The notes under the pieces were generated by a model. That model was given only the letters and a program-made list of their open reading frames with translations. It searched no databases and was not told the origin of the DNA. A stretch of DNA of 63,661 nucleotides, the filler included, from Octopus bimaculoides (lineage: Eukaryota): NCBI RefSeq assembly GCF_001194135.2. It is 6 parts of 5 records of this genome, joined end to end, with 100 filler letters (N's around TTAATTAATTAA, not from the genome) between each part and the next. Parts side by side here need not be neighbours in the genome. Positions count along the whole stretch, not along the records: positions 35,962 to 58,597 come from NC_068994.1; positions 58,698 to 61,403 come from NC_068987.1; positions 61,504 to 63,661 come from NC_068983.1; 3 more parts are not named here. One strand, given 5' to 3'. Each line of letters opens with the position of its first letter. Positions within the stretch are counted from its first letter, which is position 1. Below are positions 50,765-63,661 of the stretch, in pieces. Position numbers and translations under genes: made by a program.

Positions 50765-53700
50765 TGTAACGGACACTAGACATAACAAACGCATTGTATT
50801 CATAGCCATAGATTGAGTTAGTTAGGATTTCATCATAGCTAACAATAGATTGACAGCTCCCTTAGTGAAAACCTTAAATTGGCACCCTTTTTGTAAATCA
50901 GCAGCAAGATTTCACCATAGCTAAAAATAGATCGTTTACCTCGCTGCTGACTATAAATACATCACAGGGAACCGCAGATAGGCAGTCTGACTTTGGTGTC
51001 TCAGTGGAACGTACGAACAGCGGTTTTAACTGCTATCAACTCAGCTAAACCAATAACATGCTTTCTCCACATATAGCTCGTAGCTAGTTATACACATTTG
51101 TAATGTAGTGATATGTTTCGATGTCCGCTCAACACAGTATCATTTATGCTAAATAAATAAAGTTATACTCCGATTACCGAGTCTATGCAGTTTATTCAAA
51201 TTCAACAGACCAACTCACTACGACAGGATACATAACCACTAAAAAATGGTGACCCCGATGTTCAACACCATATGCACTACAAAATGGTGACTCCGACTTA
51301 AGCAAGAACCACAACCTTCATCAAAGTTTACTCGACACCACTGGAATACTGATCTCCGTACCTGCAGCAATAACCGTCCAACCAAACACCAAATCCGAAG
51401 AACCACGCCGACTCGCCACATCATGAACTCCAGCAAGCAGAACTGCATCAATAACGCCCCGGTCGTCGACGCGACACTATAGGCTGCAATCTCCATCAAA
51501 GTACCACCCTTTTGGACTCATGATCCTCCATTGTGGTTCTGTCATATCGAGGCCCAGTTCGCTTTGAGCCGCATTATGAGCAATGCCGCTCGCCTCACAC
51601 ATGTTATCGGATCCTTATCACCTGAAATCCTGAACAAGGTCCGCGACCTTATCATGGCTCCTCCGGCACGGTATCTTATGATACTTTCAATACCACTCTG
51701 CTCACTAGGACGGAAGAGTCTCAACAAAAGCGTCTCCGCCAGCTACTTCTCACAGAAGAATTAGGAGACAAGAAGCCCTCCCAGCTCTTGCGTCGAATGA
51801 AGCAACTCATGGGAGATGATAAGCTACCCAACAGAGTGTTGAAGCAGCTCTTTGTACAGCGTTTGCCATCTAATACACTAGTGATCCTCGCTGACACCAA
51901 AGACAACTCGTCAGTGGAGGAACTCGCTGAATTAGCCGACCGCATTGCCGATGTCCCGAGCAGTTGTCCGTCCATGTCAGCAGTTGTAACAGCAGCTCCA
52001 CCAACCAATCCTTTCCCGCCTTCCACCAGCGCAACAGATCTGGCCGAACTACGAGCTTTAATAAAAGAGCAGGAATCACATATACAGCTCCTGACAACGA
52101 AAGTACAAGCTATATCATATGACAGGCACCACCGCAACAACAGTCCCGTACGATGACTTGGAAGACGTTCTAGAAGTCCGAGTTCATCCCGTAATTTGAA
52201 TGGCATTTGCTGGCATCACCGGAAGTTTGGAGCACAGGCGAACCGATACACAAGACCCTGTTCGTTTTCAGTTCCTCATTCTGAAAACGATTCAACCAGA
52301 AATTGAACGCGGCTGCAGTTCCTGGTTTACATCCGCAAAGTCGCCTGTTTTTCATAAATGACCGCCTCACAGGCAAGCGTTTCCTGGTCGATACCGGTGC
52401 AGAAATCAGCATCCTTCCTGTTTCTTATGTTACTGGAAAGTGAAGTGCAACACCCATCTGTCTCCAAGCTGTCAACCAATCGTCGATCCCTACTTACGGC
52501 GAGCAGTCTCTCACACAAGATTTAGGTCTACGCCGCACTTTTCAGTGGGTATTCATAGTAGCCAAGCTACCAACCCCTATTCTCGGAGCCGATTTCCTTC
52601 ACCATTTCGACCTACTTGTAGACCTCAAACGACGGAGACTTGTAGACAGCATTACGAAACTTACTGTGCGCAGTATTACCGCTAGTATAGCCACAGTGAG
52701 CCCTACAATCCTACAGACAACATCCACACGTCAGCAATATCCTCCAGGAATACCCTGATGCCGCCCGACCTGTATTTCACAATCAGCCGATCAAACATGA
52801 GGTCACCCACCACATTACGACCTGCGGTCCACCCGTCGCTGCATGACCTCGTCGACTTGCACCAAATCGCCTCAAGGCAGTAAAACGCGAATTTCAACAC
52901 ATGCTAAACCTTGGCATCATCCGTCCATCTAGCAGTAACTGGTCGTCTCCAATATATTGTGTGCCCAAGAAAGGTTCCAACGACTGGCGCATCTGCGGGG
53001 ATTACACAGCATTGAATACCTGCACAGTTCCAGACTCCTATCCAGTCCCCAACCTGCATGATTTTTCAAGATCATTACATGGAACTAGAAATGTTTCAAA
53101 AATTGACCTGATTAGGGCATGCAATCAGATCCCAGTGGAACCTGCCAATGTACCAAAAACAGCAGTCATGACTCTTTTTGGAATGTTTGAATTTCTGCGT
53201 ATGCCATTCGGCTTACGCAACGCGGCACAAACTTTCCAAAGATTCATCGACACAGTGACCAGAGGCCTACCATTTGTTTATGCATACATAGATGACCTTC
53301 TCTTAGCCAGTAGCTCCCATGAAGAACATGTACAATACCTCCATCTCTTGTTCCAGCGCCTTAGACAATACGGCATTGTCATTAACCCTGGCAAATGTTT
53401 GTTCGAAGTCACGTCCCTTGAATTTCTCGGACACACGGTTGACAAAGATGGCATTCGCCCGCTACCGGAGTAAGTGAAAGCTATCACAGATTTTCCAGTC
53501 TCTGCGGAAGTTACGAGAATTTCTTTGTCTCATCAATTTTTATAGGCATTTCATCCCGCGCTTCTCTGACATAGCACGCCACCTTACAGATTTACTGCGA
53601 GACCGGTCGACCAAAAATGCCAACATTACCCTCAGCGACGAACAGTTAGCAGCATTCAACAACATAAAAAAAAAGCATTGTCCAACGCCACTATGTTATC

Positions 53701-54298
53701 GTATCCAAAACCAGACGCTCCTTTAACTTTGTTAGTCGATACATCTGCTTCCGGAGATGGTGGCGCACTCCAACAGCTCACTCATGGATCTGCTGAACAT
53801 ATTTGGTGCGATGTATCCACCAGCCACGAACGACCCTACGTCCCTCCAAAGTACAGACGTGACGGTTACTCCACTCTGCATTCACAGGCACATCCCAGCG
53901 TCCGCGCTACACAAAAATCTCCTGCCGCACCTAGACAACAAAACACTACTACACACGTCCCGAAGGACATCAACAGTTGGACTCATGTTTTCGTCAGAAA
54001 TGATGGAATCTCGGCACAACTTCGGCCACCCTATTCTGACCCCTACAAAGTACTTGACAGACAACCGAAATATTTTGTCCTCGAAATGGCCGGAAAACAA
54101 AACACGGTATCCGTCGATCGCCTCAAGAAAGCCTTCATAGAACAGGAGTTACCACCTACTCCCACTACTCTTTCACCTGATTCAACCACAGTAGCCACGC
54201 AAATTTCAAAGAAACCTCCTGCGATAAAACAGCAACAGACAAGGTCCGGTCGAAACGTAAGATTCCCAGCAAAGTATGTTCAAGTTTTTTACATTTGA
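50765..54298 (+). mobile_element. Degenerate Ty3/Gypsy LTR retrotransposon (CsRN1-like): 5' LTR, PBS, gag, protease, RT, truncated RNase H, integrase tail
   Basis: LTR from TGTAAC (50765) to about 51225-51242 with TATAAATA and AATAAA; PBS TGGTGACCCCG at 51247; gag K.PPFW..DP..WF...EAQF and EELGDKKPSQLLRRM; protease LVDTGA; RT YIDDLL; RPPY..PYKV...VSVDRLK. The integrase core is deleted. Confidence 0.9.
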
Positions 54299-54358
54299 GT
54301 TGATATTTTTTCTTAACTGTTGAACTGCCTCATTCAGTACAAACAAAACAAAATAATG

Positions 54359-54431
<73 letters not shown>

Positions 54432-54575
54432 TAAAGTTATACAGATTCCCATGAATTTGAGGCTAAATTAAACAATGGAACACATTTTATGAACTTCATA
54501 TAACATATTTTTGAAATCATACAGGATGATACTGTCTAATACATTTTATGAAGCTCATAAAAGTATAACTGGTGT

Positions 54576-55155
54576 TGTAACGTCGCCAACAAAATTCATG
54601 CAAGTGTAGTGAAACCTCTCTCTCGGGTATTTATTTACAAATGCGAACGTAGCGGCTAACATCTAGCCTTGGGCCCGTTTGGACCCTGCTGTGTCCATCA
54701 CCCTGATTGGCTCTTATTTGTGCAGCATTTGTCTCCAGTTCTGTTTCGCGCCAGGGTGAACATCAACCAATCATGGCCTTCTGATAAGGTCATGTGAGAG
54801 AGTGTTTTTCTGCTGTTTCTGGAGCCCCTTTTTACCTATAAATAGTCTTGCTTTACCTACGCCAGTCTGTCGCGATTTCAGACCTTTTCAGGTCCGGTCG
54901 TAGACCACACACAAAACACAGCTCCAGCCAGTTTCCAGCGACGACGTCAATACCACCGATTTACTGTCTACTACAATGTCGACGCCAGCGCCAACACCAC
55001 CACCAGAGTACACACTACCAACAACAACAGCGGTTTCATCTCAACACTGTCTGTGTGGATTGTTTCTACCTCGAAAGAACAGCCAGAACAACCTGCGAGA
55101 ATCTTCTGTACTAAGTAACCGATCGCAGCATCGAAGCTCAACTTCACTCACGACA
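54576..55155 (+). mobile_element. Probable solo LTR of a different family
   Basis: TGTAACG...CACGACA ends resemble the upstream LTR ends but the interior is unrelated. It has CCAAT boxes and TATAAATA at about 54837, with no clear PPT or TSD. Confidence 0.5.
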
Positions 55156-56425
55156 TGTGACACTTCAGCTCTGTTATTCGGCCAAAACCTCTTATGTACA
55201 GACATTCTACCTATTGTGTAACTCTTCTATGAACTGGTGCTTTCTTATCTTTGTTCAGGACGCTTATAGCCTATGTTACAGACTCTTATTCCATGCCCTG
55301 TATTTCTCATTCACGTACACACACATATTTATGTATACATACTATTGTTCATACGACGGCCTGTCTTATATATTGTGTTACTTATATTGCCGCATGCACG
55401 CACACACAGACACAGTTGACTACCCTAATAAACTTACTCTTTATATATATATATATATATATATATNNNNNNNNNNNNNNNNNNNNNNNNNNNNNNNNNN
55501 NNNNNNNNNNNNNNNNNNNNNNNNNNNNNNNNNNNNNNNNNNNNNNNNNNNNNNNNNNNNNNNNNNNNNNNNNNNNNNNNNNNNNNNNNNNNNNNNNNNN
55601 NNNNNNNNNNNNNNNNNNNNNNNNNNNNNNNNNNNNNNNNNNNNNNNNNNNNNNNNNNNNNNNNNNNNNNNNNNNNNNNNNNNNNNNNNNNNNNNNNNNN
55701 NNNNNNNNNNNNNNNNNNNNNNNNNNNNNNNNNNNNNNNNNNNNNNNNNNNNNNNNNNNNNNNNNNNNNNNNNNNNNNNNNNNNNNNNNNNNNNNNNNNN
55801 NNNNNNNNNNNNNNNNNNNNNNNNNNNNNNNNNNNNNNNNNNNNNNNNNNNNNNNNNNNNNNNNNNNNNNNNNNNNNNNNNNNNNNNNNNNNNNNNNNNN
55901 NNNNNNNNNNNNNNNNNNNNNNNNNNNNNNNNNNNNNNNNNNNNNNNNNNNNNNNNNNNNNNNNNNNNNNNNNNNNNNNNNNNNNNNNNNNNNNNNNNNN
56001 NNNNNNNNNNNNNNNNNNNNNNNNNNNNNNNNNNNNNNNNNNNNNNNNNNNNNNNNNNNNNNNNNNNNNNNNNNNNNNNNNNNNNNNNNNNNNNNNNNNN
56101 NNNNNNNNNNNNNNNNNNNNNNNNNNNNNNNNNNNNNNNNNNNNNNNNNNNNNNNNNNNNNNNNNNNNNNNNNNNNNNNNNNNNNNNNNNNNNNNNNNNN
56201 NNNNNNNNNNNNNNNNNNNNNNNNNNNNNNNNNNNNNNNNNNNNNNNNNNNNNNNNNNNNNNNNNNNNNNNNNNNNNNNNNNNNNNNNNNNNNNNNNNNN
56301 NNNNNNNNNNNNNNNNNNNNNNNNNNNNNNNNNNNNNNNNNNNNNNNNNNNNNNNNNNNNNNNNNNNNNNNNNNNNNNNNNNNNNNNNNNNNNNNNNNNN
56401 NNNNNNNNNNNNNNNNNNNNNNNNN

Positions 56426-56474
<49 letters not shown>

Positions 56475-56532
56475 AACGGTTGACTCTCTCTTTCCTTGCT
56501 GGCACTTCCTCGTATCTCACATGCGAGTACTC

Positions 56533-57459
56533 TTATGTTATATTGCATGTTTTATGTCGACCGTGTGAAGCGTTAAAAGGAGCCTCTCCCGTTTGTCGCC
56601 ATCTCCTTTGGTTCGCACGGTCGTTCTCTACAGAAGTATGTTGAAAACAATTTATCGAACGTCCATGCATCCTCCGATAATTTGATTTCACGTTACTCCA
56701 CATCCCTTCCACGGTGTTTGTGTGGATTGAGGCATCGTTGGAATCCACAAAGGTGATACTGTGGTTGACAGTGGAATGGTTTGGTAGGCTGTTATATGCT
56801 CTCCGGGAATCTGTGATAATCTTAGTTCCTGGCAAAACATGGCGGGTAATAATAGGCAACAATATTGCTGAACTTCTGTTTTCCACAGGAACTAAGACAC
56901 ATCTCAGACTTTCCCGTTCAACCATTCCAAGAACCCAATGCCCTTCTTGATAACTTCCACGATGATGTTTCCTGTGCATGAACTTGGATTCGTCGATCTC
57001 TACATCTTCTCCAAGTTGCACAGGGTGGTCAAAGCACCACATAGCACAAACATCGCGGAAGGAATTGTACCAGTTGACAATTGCTTCTGGTCCAATTCCA
57101 ACTTCATTCATCACAACACTCTGTTTACAATCAATTTTGGCCCAGTAATACATCAACTCTAGGAGACGAGTCAATGTTAGACGGGAATCCGAGAAAAACG
57201 AGCCTCGCCTAATGCTACGAAATTGCCTGCAAACAGTACACCTCCACAATTTCACATCAGCTACTGTACTGCGCGTTGCAAGGTTCATCCGCTCCTTACA
57301 GCATTCCGGCGAATTGTGGATCAATCCCACAGATGCCAGGAATTGGTTTGTTGAATCCGCGTTACTCGTTATGATAATAATGTCTCGCAGATTGTGACAT
57401 CTTTGAGTTATGTCATCAACGGAAAGGATAGATTCAACAATCCTATATCGTCCAGCCAT
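56533..57459 (-). mobile_element. Merlin (IS1595/IS1016-related) DDE transposase, nearly intact
   Basis: N-terminal Cys pairs (C.CC..., C.VC), VEIDES, WVLGMVER, I.TDS..AY..L and H.TVNHS..FV.....HTNTVEGMW. There is an apparent frameshift near the C-terminus. Confidence 0.88.
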
Positions 57460-58069
57460 AATGAGATCTAATGGAAGAGTATATGATGTAGGTGTCTTAG
57501 GAATTGTGAGACAATGTACAGGAGAGTCTGTTGCCGCCAGATGTGTGTGTGTGTGTGTGTCTGTGTGTGTGTCTGTGTCTGTGTATGTGTGCTTGTGTGT
57601 ATGTGTGTTTATGCTTGTGAGTCTGTGTTTGTGTGTACAGGCGTGTGTGTGTGTGCAAAATTCTGTCTGTGTTTGCGTGTACAGGCGTGTGTGTGCAAAA
57701 TGAAAATAAAATTAAATATTTCTTTCAAACTTCTCTGCAGGGAAAAATGAAGACAGAGAGACAGATTGTGATTTCCAAACTTCTCTGCATCCAAAGTTAT
57801 AATTAACTTGAATATATTTGAGTATAATTATAAAACCAAAGGATAAAAAATAATAAACAATAATAAAAATTTTAAAATGTGATAAGAATAAAAGCCTTAT
57901 CTAGCAACAATGATAAGTTGGAGAAATAGTCCAAAGGGGTTAAATGCAAGTAATTAGAAAAATTGTATTACCTAAATTAAATTAAATTTGAAATAGAGAA
58001 AGTGTACATAACATATATGATGTGATGGTTAACTAGTGTGAATGGTGGTAGATAAATTAAAAAATAACT

Positions 58070-58400
58070 AAATGTATTAAATAGGGTAAATCAATGAAAC
58101 GAGCGGAATGTATGTTTCCTCCAATGTTGGCATCGATATGCTCTCTGGGTAATCTGGTTCACTAAATTATTCTTGGAGAACAAAATGAGGAACAGCTCCA
58201 AGTTACAAAGAGGACAAAAATCCTTACCTTTATCATAGGGTATTGGTGTAGTTAGTATTGACCATTCTAAACAGAATTGCTTATTGCAGTCCTTAAGTTT
58301 CCAAATTAACTCGCTAAGTCCCGTGCTCTTATGTGTATTCTTATCCCAAAATGATTTGAAATTCTCCTAGATAGCTGAGATGAAGTAGAACCTATATAAT
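58070..58400 (-). mobile_element. Penelope-like element 3' end (same group as 6600-7990)
   Basis: The minus strand reads STGLSELIWKLKD.N....EWSIL....PYDKGK..C.LCNLE...I.....LVN......CQH. Confidence 0.7.
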
Positions 58401-58697
58401 AAAAATCATCTGTGTTAGTGGTTACTTTACATTGATAAACAGTATTTTTGGTCTTAGCATTCACACTCAAAACTTTGATTCTATTACAATTAGGTTCCGA
58501 AATATTAATCTTGTTATAATAAATATTGTTATATTTACTATTGTTGCTCTTATTAACTTTATTTTTATCTATATAAATATTGTTACCATGGGAATGGNNN
58601 NNNNNNNNNNNNNNNNNNNNNNNNNNNNNNNNNNNNNNNNNTTAATTAATTAANNNNNNNNNNNNNNNNNNNNNNNNNNNNNNNNNNNNNNNNNNNN

Positions 58698-58770
<73 letters not shown>

Positions 58771-58919
58771 TATGCAACCATATATACACATGCAAACGAT
58801 TGCATATGAACACACGCGTATACTACGTACCTATTTCAACGTATATATAGACATTCAAGGAACATACAATTATATACTGCATATGCAATTTAGAGACACT
58901 CACTGTTATATTGAGGCAT

Positions 58920-59620
58920 ACAGCCATATGGCATACACAGGACCTGGAGGTACTGCAATCCCAGAACCACAAACAGTAAGAGACCTGGTCATCAACATGT
59001 GTAGTGATGCATCATTTCACATGCACATTGTCAAGTTGACAGCAAAGTGCAGACAACTGGCAGGGTGGATACTGAAGGCATTCCGTACAAGGGATCAAAG
59101 AGTTATGTTGACTCTATGGAAGACATTTGTTCTGAGCCGCTTAGACTATTGCTCTCAGTTGTGGTCACCACACAGTGTCAAGCGGACAGCAGAACTCGAG
59201 GCAATTCAGTGTCACTATACAAAAAAGATCACCATAGTCCAACAGATGAACTACAGGGAGCGACTGAAAGCACTAGGTCTCTACTCCCTGGAGCGCAGGC
59301 GGGAGAGATATGTAATAATATACATATGGAAAATACTGGAAGGACTGGTACAAAACTTTGGCATCAAGTACTACACGAATGCCTGCACAGGTCGCCACTG
59401 CATGGTACCAAGGGTACTGTCCACTGCATCTCACATAAGAACAAGGTACTGCAACAGCCTCGGTTTCAGAGGACCTCAGCTCTTTAATGCCCTGCCAAAA
59501 CATTTGAGAGACCTGCAAGACATGGATATAGAGGTCTTCAAGACAAAACTCGACGCTTTCCTCTCCACGATACCAGACGAACCAATGGCTCGAAATGAGA
59601 CACAGCTTAGGGCAGCGATG
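58920..59620 (+). mobile_element. CR1/L2-group LINE 3' fragment
   Basis: VRDLVI, SRLDYCSQLWSP, LYSLERRRERY.II..WKILEGLV and YCNSLGFRGPQLFN. Confidence 0.9.
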
Positions 59621-60530
59621 TNNNNNNNNNNNNNNNNNNNNNNNNNNNNNNNNNNNNNNNNNNNNNNNNNNNNNNNNNNNNNNNNNNNNNNNNNNNNNNN
59701 NNNNNNNNNNNNNNNNNNNNNNNNNNNNNNNNNNNNNNNNNNNNNNNNNNNNNNNNNNNNNNNNNNNNNNNNNNNNNNNNNNNNNNNNNNNNNNNNNNNN
59801 NNNNNNNNNNNNNNNNNNNNNNNNNNNNNNNNNNNNNNNNNNNNNNNNNNNNNNNNNNNNNNNNNNNNNNNNNNNNNNNNNNNNNNNNNNNNNNNNNNNN
59901 NNNNNNNNNNNNNNNNNNNNNNNNNNNNNNNNNNNNNNNNNNNNNNNNNNNNNNNNNNNNNNNNNNNNNNNNNNNNNNNNNNNNNNNNNNNNNNNNNNNN
60001 NNNNNNNNNNNNNNNNNNNNNNNNNNNNNNNNNNNNNNNNNNNNNNNNNNNNNNNNNNNNNNNNNNNNNNNNNNNNNNNNNNNNNNNNNNNNNNNNNNNN
60101 NNNNNNNNNNNNNNNNNNNNNNNNNNNNNNNNNNNNNNNNNNNNNNNNNNNNNNNNNNNNNNNNNNNNNNNNNNNNNNNNNNNNNNNNNNNNNNNNNNNN
60201 NNNNNNNNNNNNNNNNNNNNNNNNNNNNNNNNNNNNNNNNNNNNNNNNNNNNNNNNNNNNNNNNNNNNNNNNNNNNNNNNNNNNNNNNNNNNNNNNNNNN
60301 NNNNNNNNNNNNNNNNNNNNNNNNNNNNNNNNNNNNNNNNNNNNNNNNNNNNNNNNNNNNNNNNNNNNNNNNNNNNNNNNNNNNNNNNNNNNNNNNNNNN
60401 NNNNNNNNNNNNNNNATATATATATATATATACGTACATGTACATATACATATATAGGTACTAATATACATACATACGCACATAGTTATATGTATATCTC
60501 AACGAATGAGAAGAGAACAGTAGTTACAAA

Positions 60531-60970
60531 TAATCAGAAAATGGAGAAAACTTCAGATTAACAAACATATCAATCGGATCACATTTATAGCTTATTTTTT
60601 AATACAAAGAATGACATAACAAATAGGTGACGTAATAAATCTTACGGCCATTTCCACATCTGTTTCCAAACACTGTCAAAAACTAACTGCGAAAATAGAA
60701 TTCTTCATCTTCATAGGACATTCGGATTAAGGCACGGAGTTTCATCAGAGTAAAAAACAAGAGCATTCAATATAAACAAAGGGGAGAAGGAATAGGAAAG
60801 AAAACATGGCCTAGATATTATTTATAGACCGCGTTTGGCTACGGATGCGGAAACGGTCGTAAGATTTGTTACGTCACCTATTTGTTATGTCATGCTTTGC
60901 ATTAAAAAATAAGCTATAAATGTGATCCGATTGATCTGTTTGTTAATCTGAAGTTTTCTCAATTTTCTGA
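60531..60970. repeat. Long inverted repeat (~140-bp arms, ~160-bp spacer)
   Basis: 60531-60672 is a near reverse complement of 60833-60970. Confidence 0.85.
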
Positions 60971-61078
60971 TATATATANNNNNNNNNNNNNNNNNNNNNN
61001 NNNNNNNNNNNNNNNNNNNNNNNNNNNNNNNNNNNNNNNNNNNNNNNNNNNNNNNNNNNNNNNNNNNNNNNNNNNNNN

Positions 61079-61110
<32 letters not shown>

Positions 61111-61370
61111 TACATATACATATACATAAACACAGACATTTATATATACTCTTTTACTCTTTTACTCTTTTACTTGTTTCAGTCATTTGACTGCGGCCAT
61201 GCTGGAGCACCACCTTTAGTCGAGAAAACCGACCCCAGGACTTATTATTTTGTAAGCCTAGTACTTATTCTATCGTTCTCTCTTTTGCCGAACCGCTAAG
61301 TTACGGGGACGTAAACACACCAGCATCGGTTGTCAAGCAATGGTGGGGGGACAAACACAGACACACAAAC

Positions 61371-61403
<33 letters not shown>

Positions 61404-63341
61404 NNNNNNNNNNNNNNNNNNNNNNNNNNNNNNNNNNNNNNNNNNNNTTAATTAATTAANNNNNNNNNNNNNNNNNNNNNNNNNNNNNNNNNNNNNNNNN
61501 NNNACCAAATCCACTCACAAGGCATTGGACGGCCCACTATAGAAGAAAATACCTGCCCAAGGTGCCACGCAGTGGGACTGAACCCAGAACCTACGTTCCA
61601 GCAGATTCGATATTCCAGCCGCTGGTGTATTTCGTATTTGGAAAACGGTTTCTCCTTTACGACCTCTGTGGCTAAATAAAACGCTGGATTCATTAGTAAA
61701 AGAGATTCTGGAACAACCGATGTTTCGATCTTGTTGAGTCCCGTCAGGTAAAAGTACCCTCGAACCAGTGAATCAAAGGACTAATGATCTTGTTTATAAC
61801 TGATTATTAATCCATAATTTCGTAATTGAAGTTATCAGAAACCGATTAATTAGTTAATATTGTTTCTGATTAAGGCACAAAGACTGAAATTTTGAGGGAA
61901 GAAGGTTTAGTCGATGTCACTAACTCCAGTACTTGATTGGTATTTAATTTCATCAACCCCAAAAGGTAATGTCACTGCCGGCGAGACTCGAAACTAAAAC
62001 GCAAAGACCCGGAAGAAATACCACCAGGCACTTTATTCGACGCTCTAATGATTCTGGCAACATGAAATCAGAACCGTTTCCAGTTCAGTGCGTTTTATGA
62101 ACCAATCACTCTCAGCTGATCGATTGGTTGTTTGATATCAAAGACGCAGAACCGAACGCAATAAATAATTCAGATATTCAAAGCTTTCCTGTTGTTTAAA
62201 TTTTCGCCCCATTTTTGCTTAGGTTTATCAAAATTAGGAGGTGAGCCAGCAGAATCCTTACAATATCGGACAAAATACTATCTTAAATCCCATCCGTTGT
62301 ATTCATCTTCCTTACACATATAAGTTGTTTCACAATATTCAAAATTTTATATTTCATTCAATGGTAACCACAGCTGAAAAGCAACAAGTCTCTATCTCAA
62401 ATCTCTGATTTAAATACTAATAATTACTACTAATAATTGATTGAGCTTTATTATCATTATTGTTATTATTATTCGAGCTGGCAGAATCGTCAGCACGCCC
62501 GAACAAAATGCTTAGCGGTATTTCGTCCGTCTCCACGTTCTGAGTTCAAATTCCGCCAAGATAGATTTTCATTGTTCCGGAGTCGATAAAATAAATAGCA
62601 GTTGAACACTGGGGCCGATTTAATCGACTTACACCTCCCCTCAAATTGTTGCCCTTGTGGCAAAATTTGAAACCATAATTATTATTATTATTAGATGTAA
62701 GAATATTCTTCTCTCATAAATTAAACGAATTCAATTACTGATAACATCTTATCGACCCCGTAATGAAAACCATCCCAGTTAACAAGGGATTATTCAGTTA
62801 AAAAAAAAACAATCTATTTTCTGTTTTAAGCTTATACAATTAATTAAAATTATAAATAACAAATAATAAGCTTAAACTAAAACAGTCACAATTTCAATGT
62901 TAAACTACAAAAGCAAATTTACATTATACAGTTTCTCTGCACATAACTTTTTATTCAGCCCGTCAGTGAATTGCAGCATCAGTGATTTTTTTATTCACTG
63001 TTTCTTTATAGCGCTGAATTTTGTCTTAGCATCCGCTTGCCAGTGGATAAATGTTATTGACGAAGCCCAAATAGGCAGAAATGCACATCTAACAATGCTA
63101 TCACCACTACTGGGAAGAATATTCGTCTGCTACTGATTACGTTTGTGTTTTCTAACACTATAACGCCTACCAGGTATACTATCTCAGGATGAATACTGCA
63201 ATTAATTGGGCTTTCAACGATGTATCTGCTTTAAGTCTGATGCACAGACTGCTATTTTAAACTAATACTGTTGTTGTAACACATAAGGGTTGTGTCTCGA
63301 GAAAATATTCAACTTGTGTTACGTGGTTTTTATATATGATG

Positions 63342-63480
63342 CAGCATGCCGAGTAGTTAGACATGTTGCACTCGAGATTGTATGATTGTCGTTTCGATTC
63401 CCGGACAGGGCGGCGCGTTGTGTTCTTGAGCAAATCACTTCATTTCACGTTGCTCCAGTCCACTCAGCTGTAAATGGGAC
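63342..63480 (+). mobile_element. CORE-like tRNA-derived SINE
   Basis: tRNA-like head, then gcgttgtgttcttgagcaaatcacttcatttcacgttgctccagtccactcagctgtaaatgg, which resembles the CORE domain. Confidence 0.6.
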
Positions 63481-63578
63481 ACCCTGGGACGAATGTTGGC
63501 CTGCGCACCTTTCCAGCGGGGTATAACAACATCCGATAATCTAGTCGATCACGTGATATATATATGTATGCATATATG

Positions 63579-63633
<55 letters not shown>

Positions 63634-63661
63634 ATATGCATATAAATATATATATATATAT

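Noticed and set aside
62897-63136. 79-aa ORF containing VIDEAQ, a Walker-B-like word
   Set aside because: There are no other NTPase motifs or partner exons, so it is likely chance.

Overview
Repeat-dense, AT-rich, gappy eukaryotic animal DNA. The SINE/LINE/microsatellite landscape suggests an octopus (coleoid cephalopod) genome, which is an inference. Most ORFs in the track are microsatellite or N-run artefacts, or transposon debris: R4/Dong-, RTE-, CR1/L2- and CRE-type LINEs, Penelope-like elements, Helitrons, Tc1/mariner, Merlin, a Gypsy LTR element and several SINE families. Two host genes stand out. (1) On the minus strand, one uninterrupted ~350-codon reading frame (5533-6582) encodes a thermolysin-family (M4) zinc metalloprotease closely resembling gamma-proteobacterial vibriolysin/hemagglutinin-protease and Pseudomonas elastase. 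All recognisable catalytic motifs and a PPC-like tail are present. Upstream lie a TATA box and a spliceosomal signal-peptide exon, present in two diverged ~1 kb copies. The propeptide-coding part is missing, and a Penelope/Helitron block sits in its place. This is the best candidate for a domesticated bacterial-origin system. (2) On the plus strand, four phase-compatible exons (39356-44127) encode the C-terminal ConA/LamG-like domain typical of molluscan Pif/BMSP-like matrix proteins. Five TTAATTAATTAA linkers flanked by N runs are artificial scaffold joins, so adjacency across them is not guaranteed.
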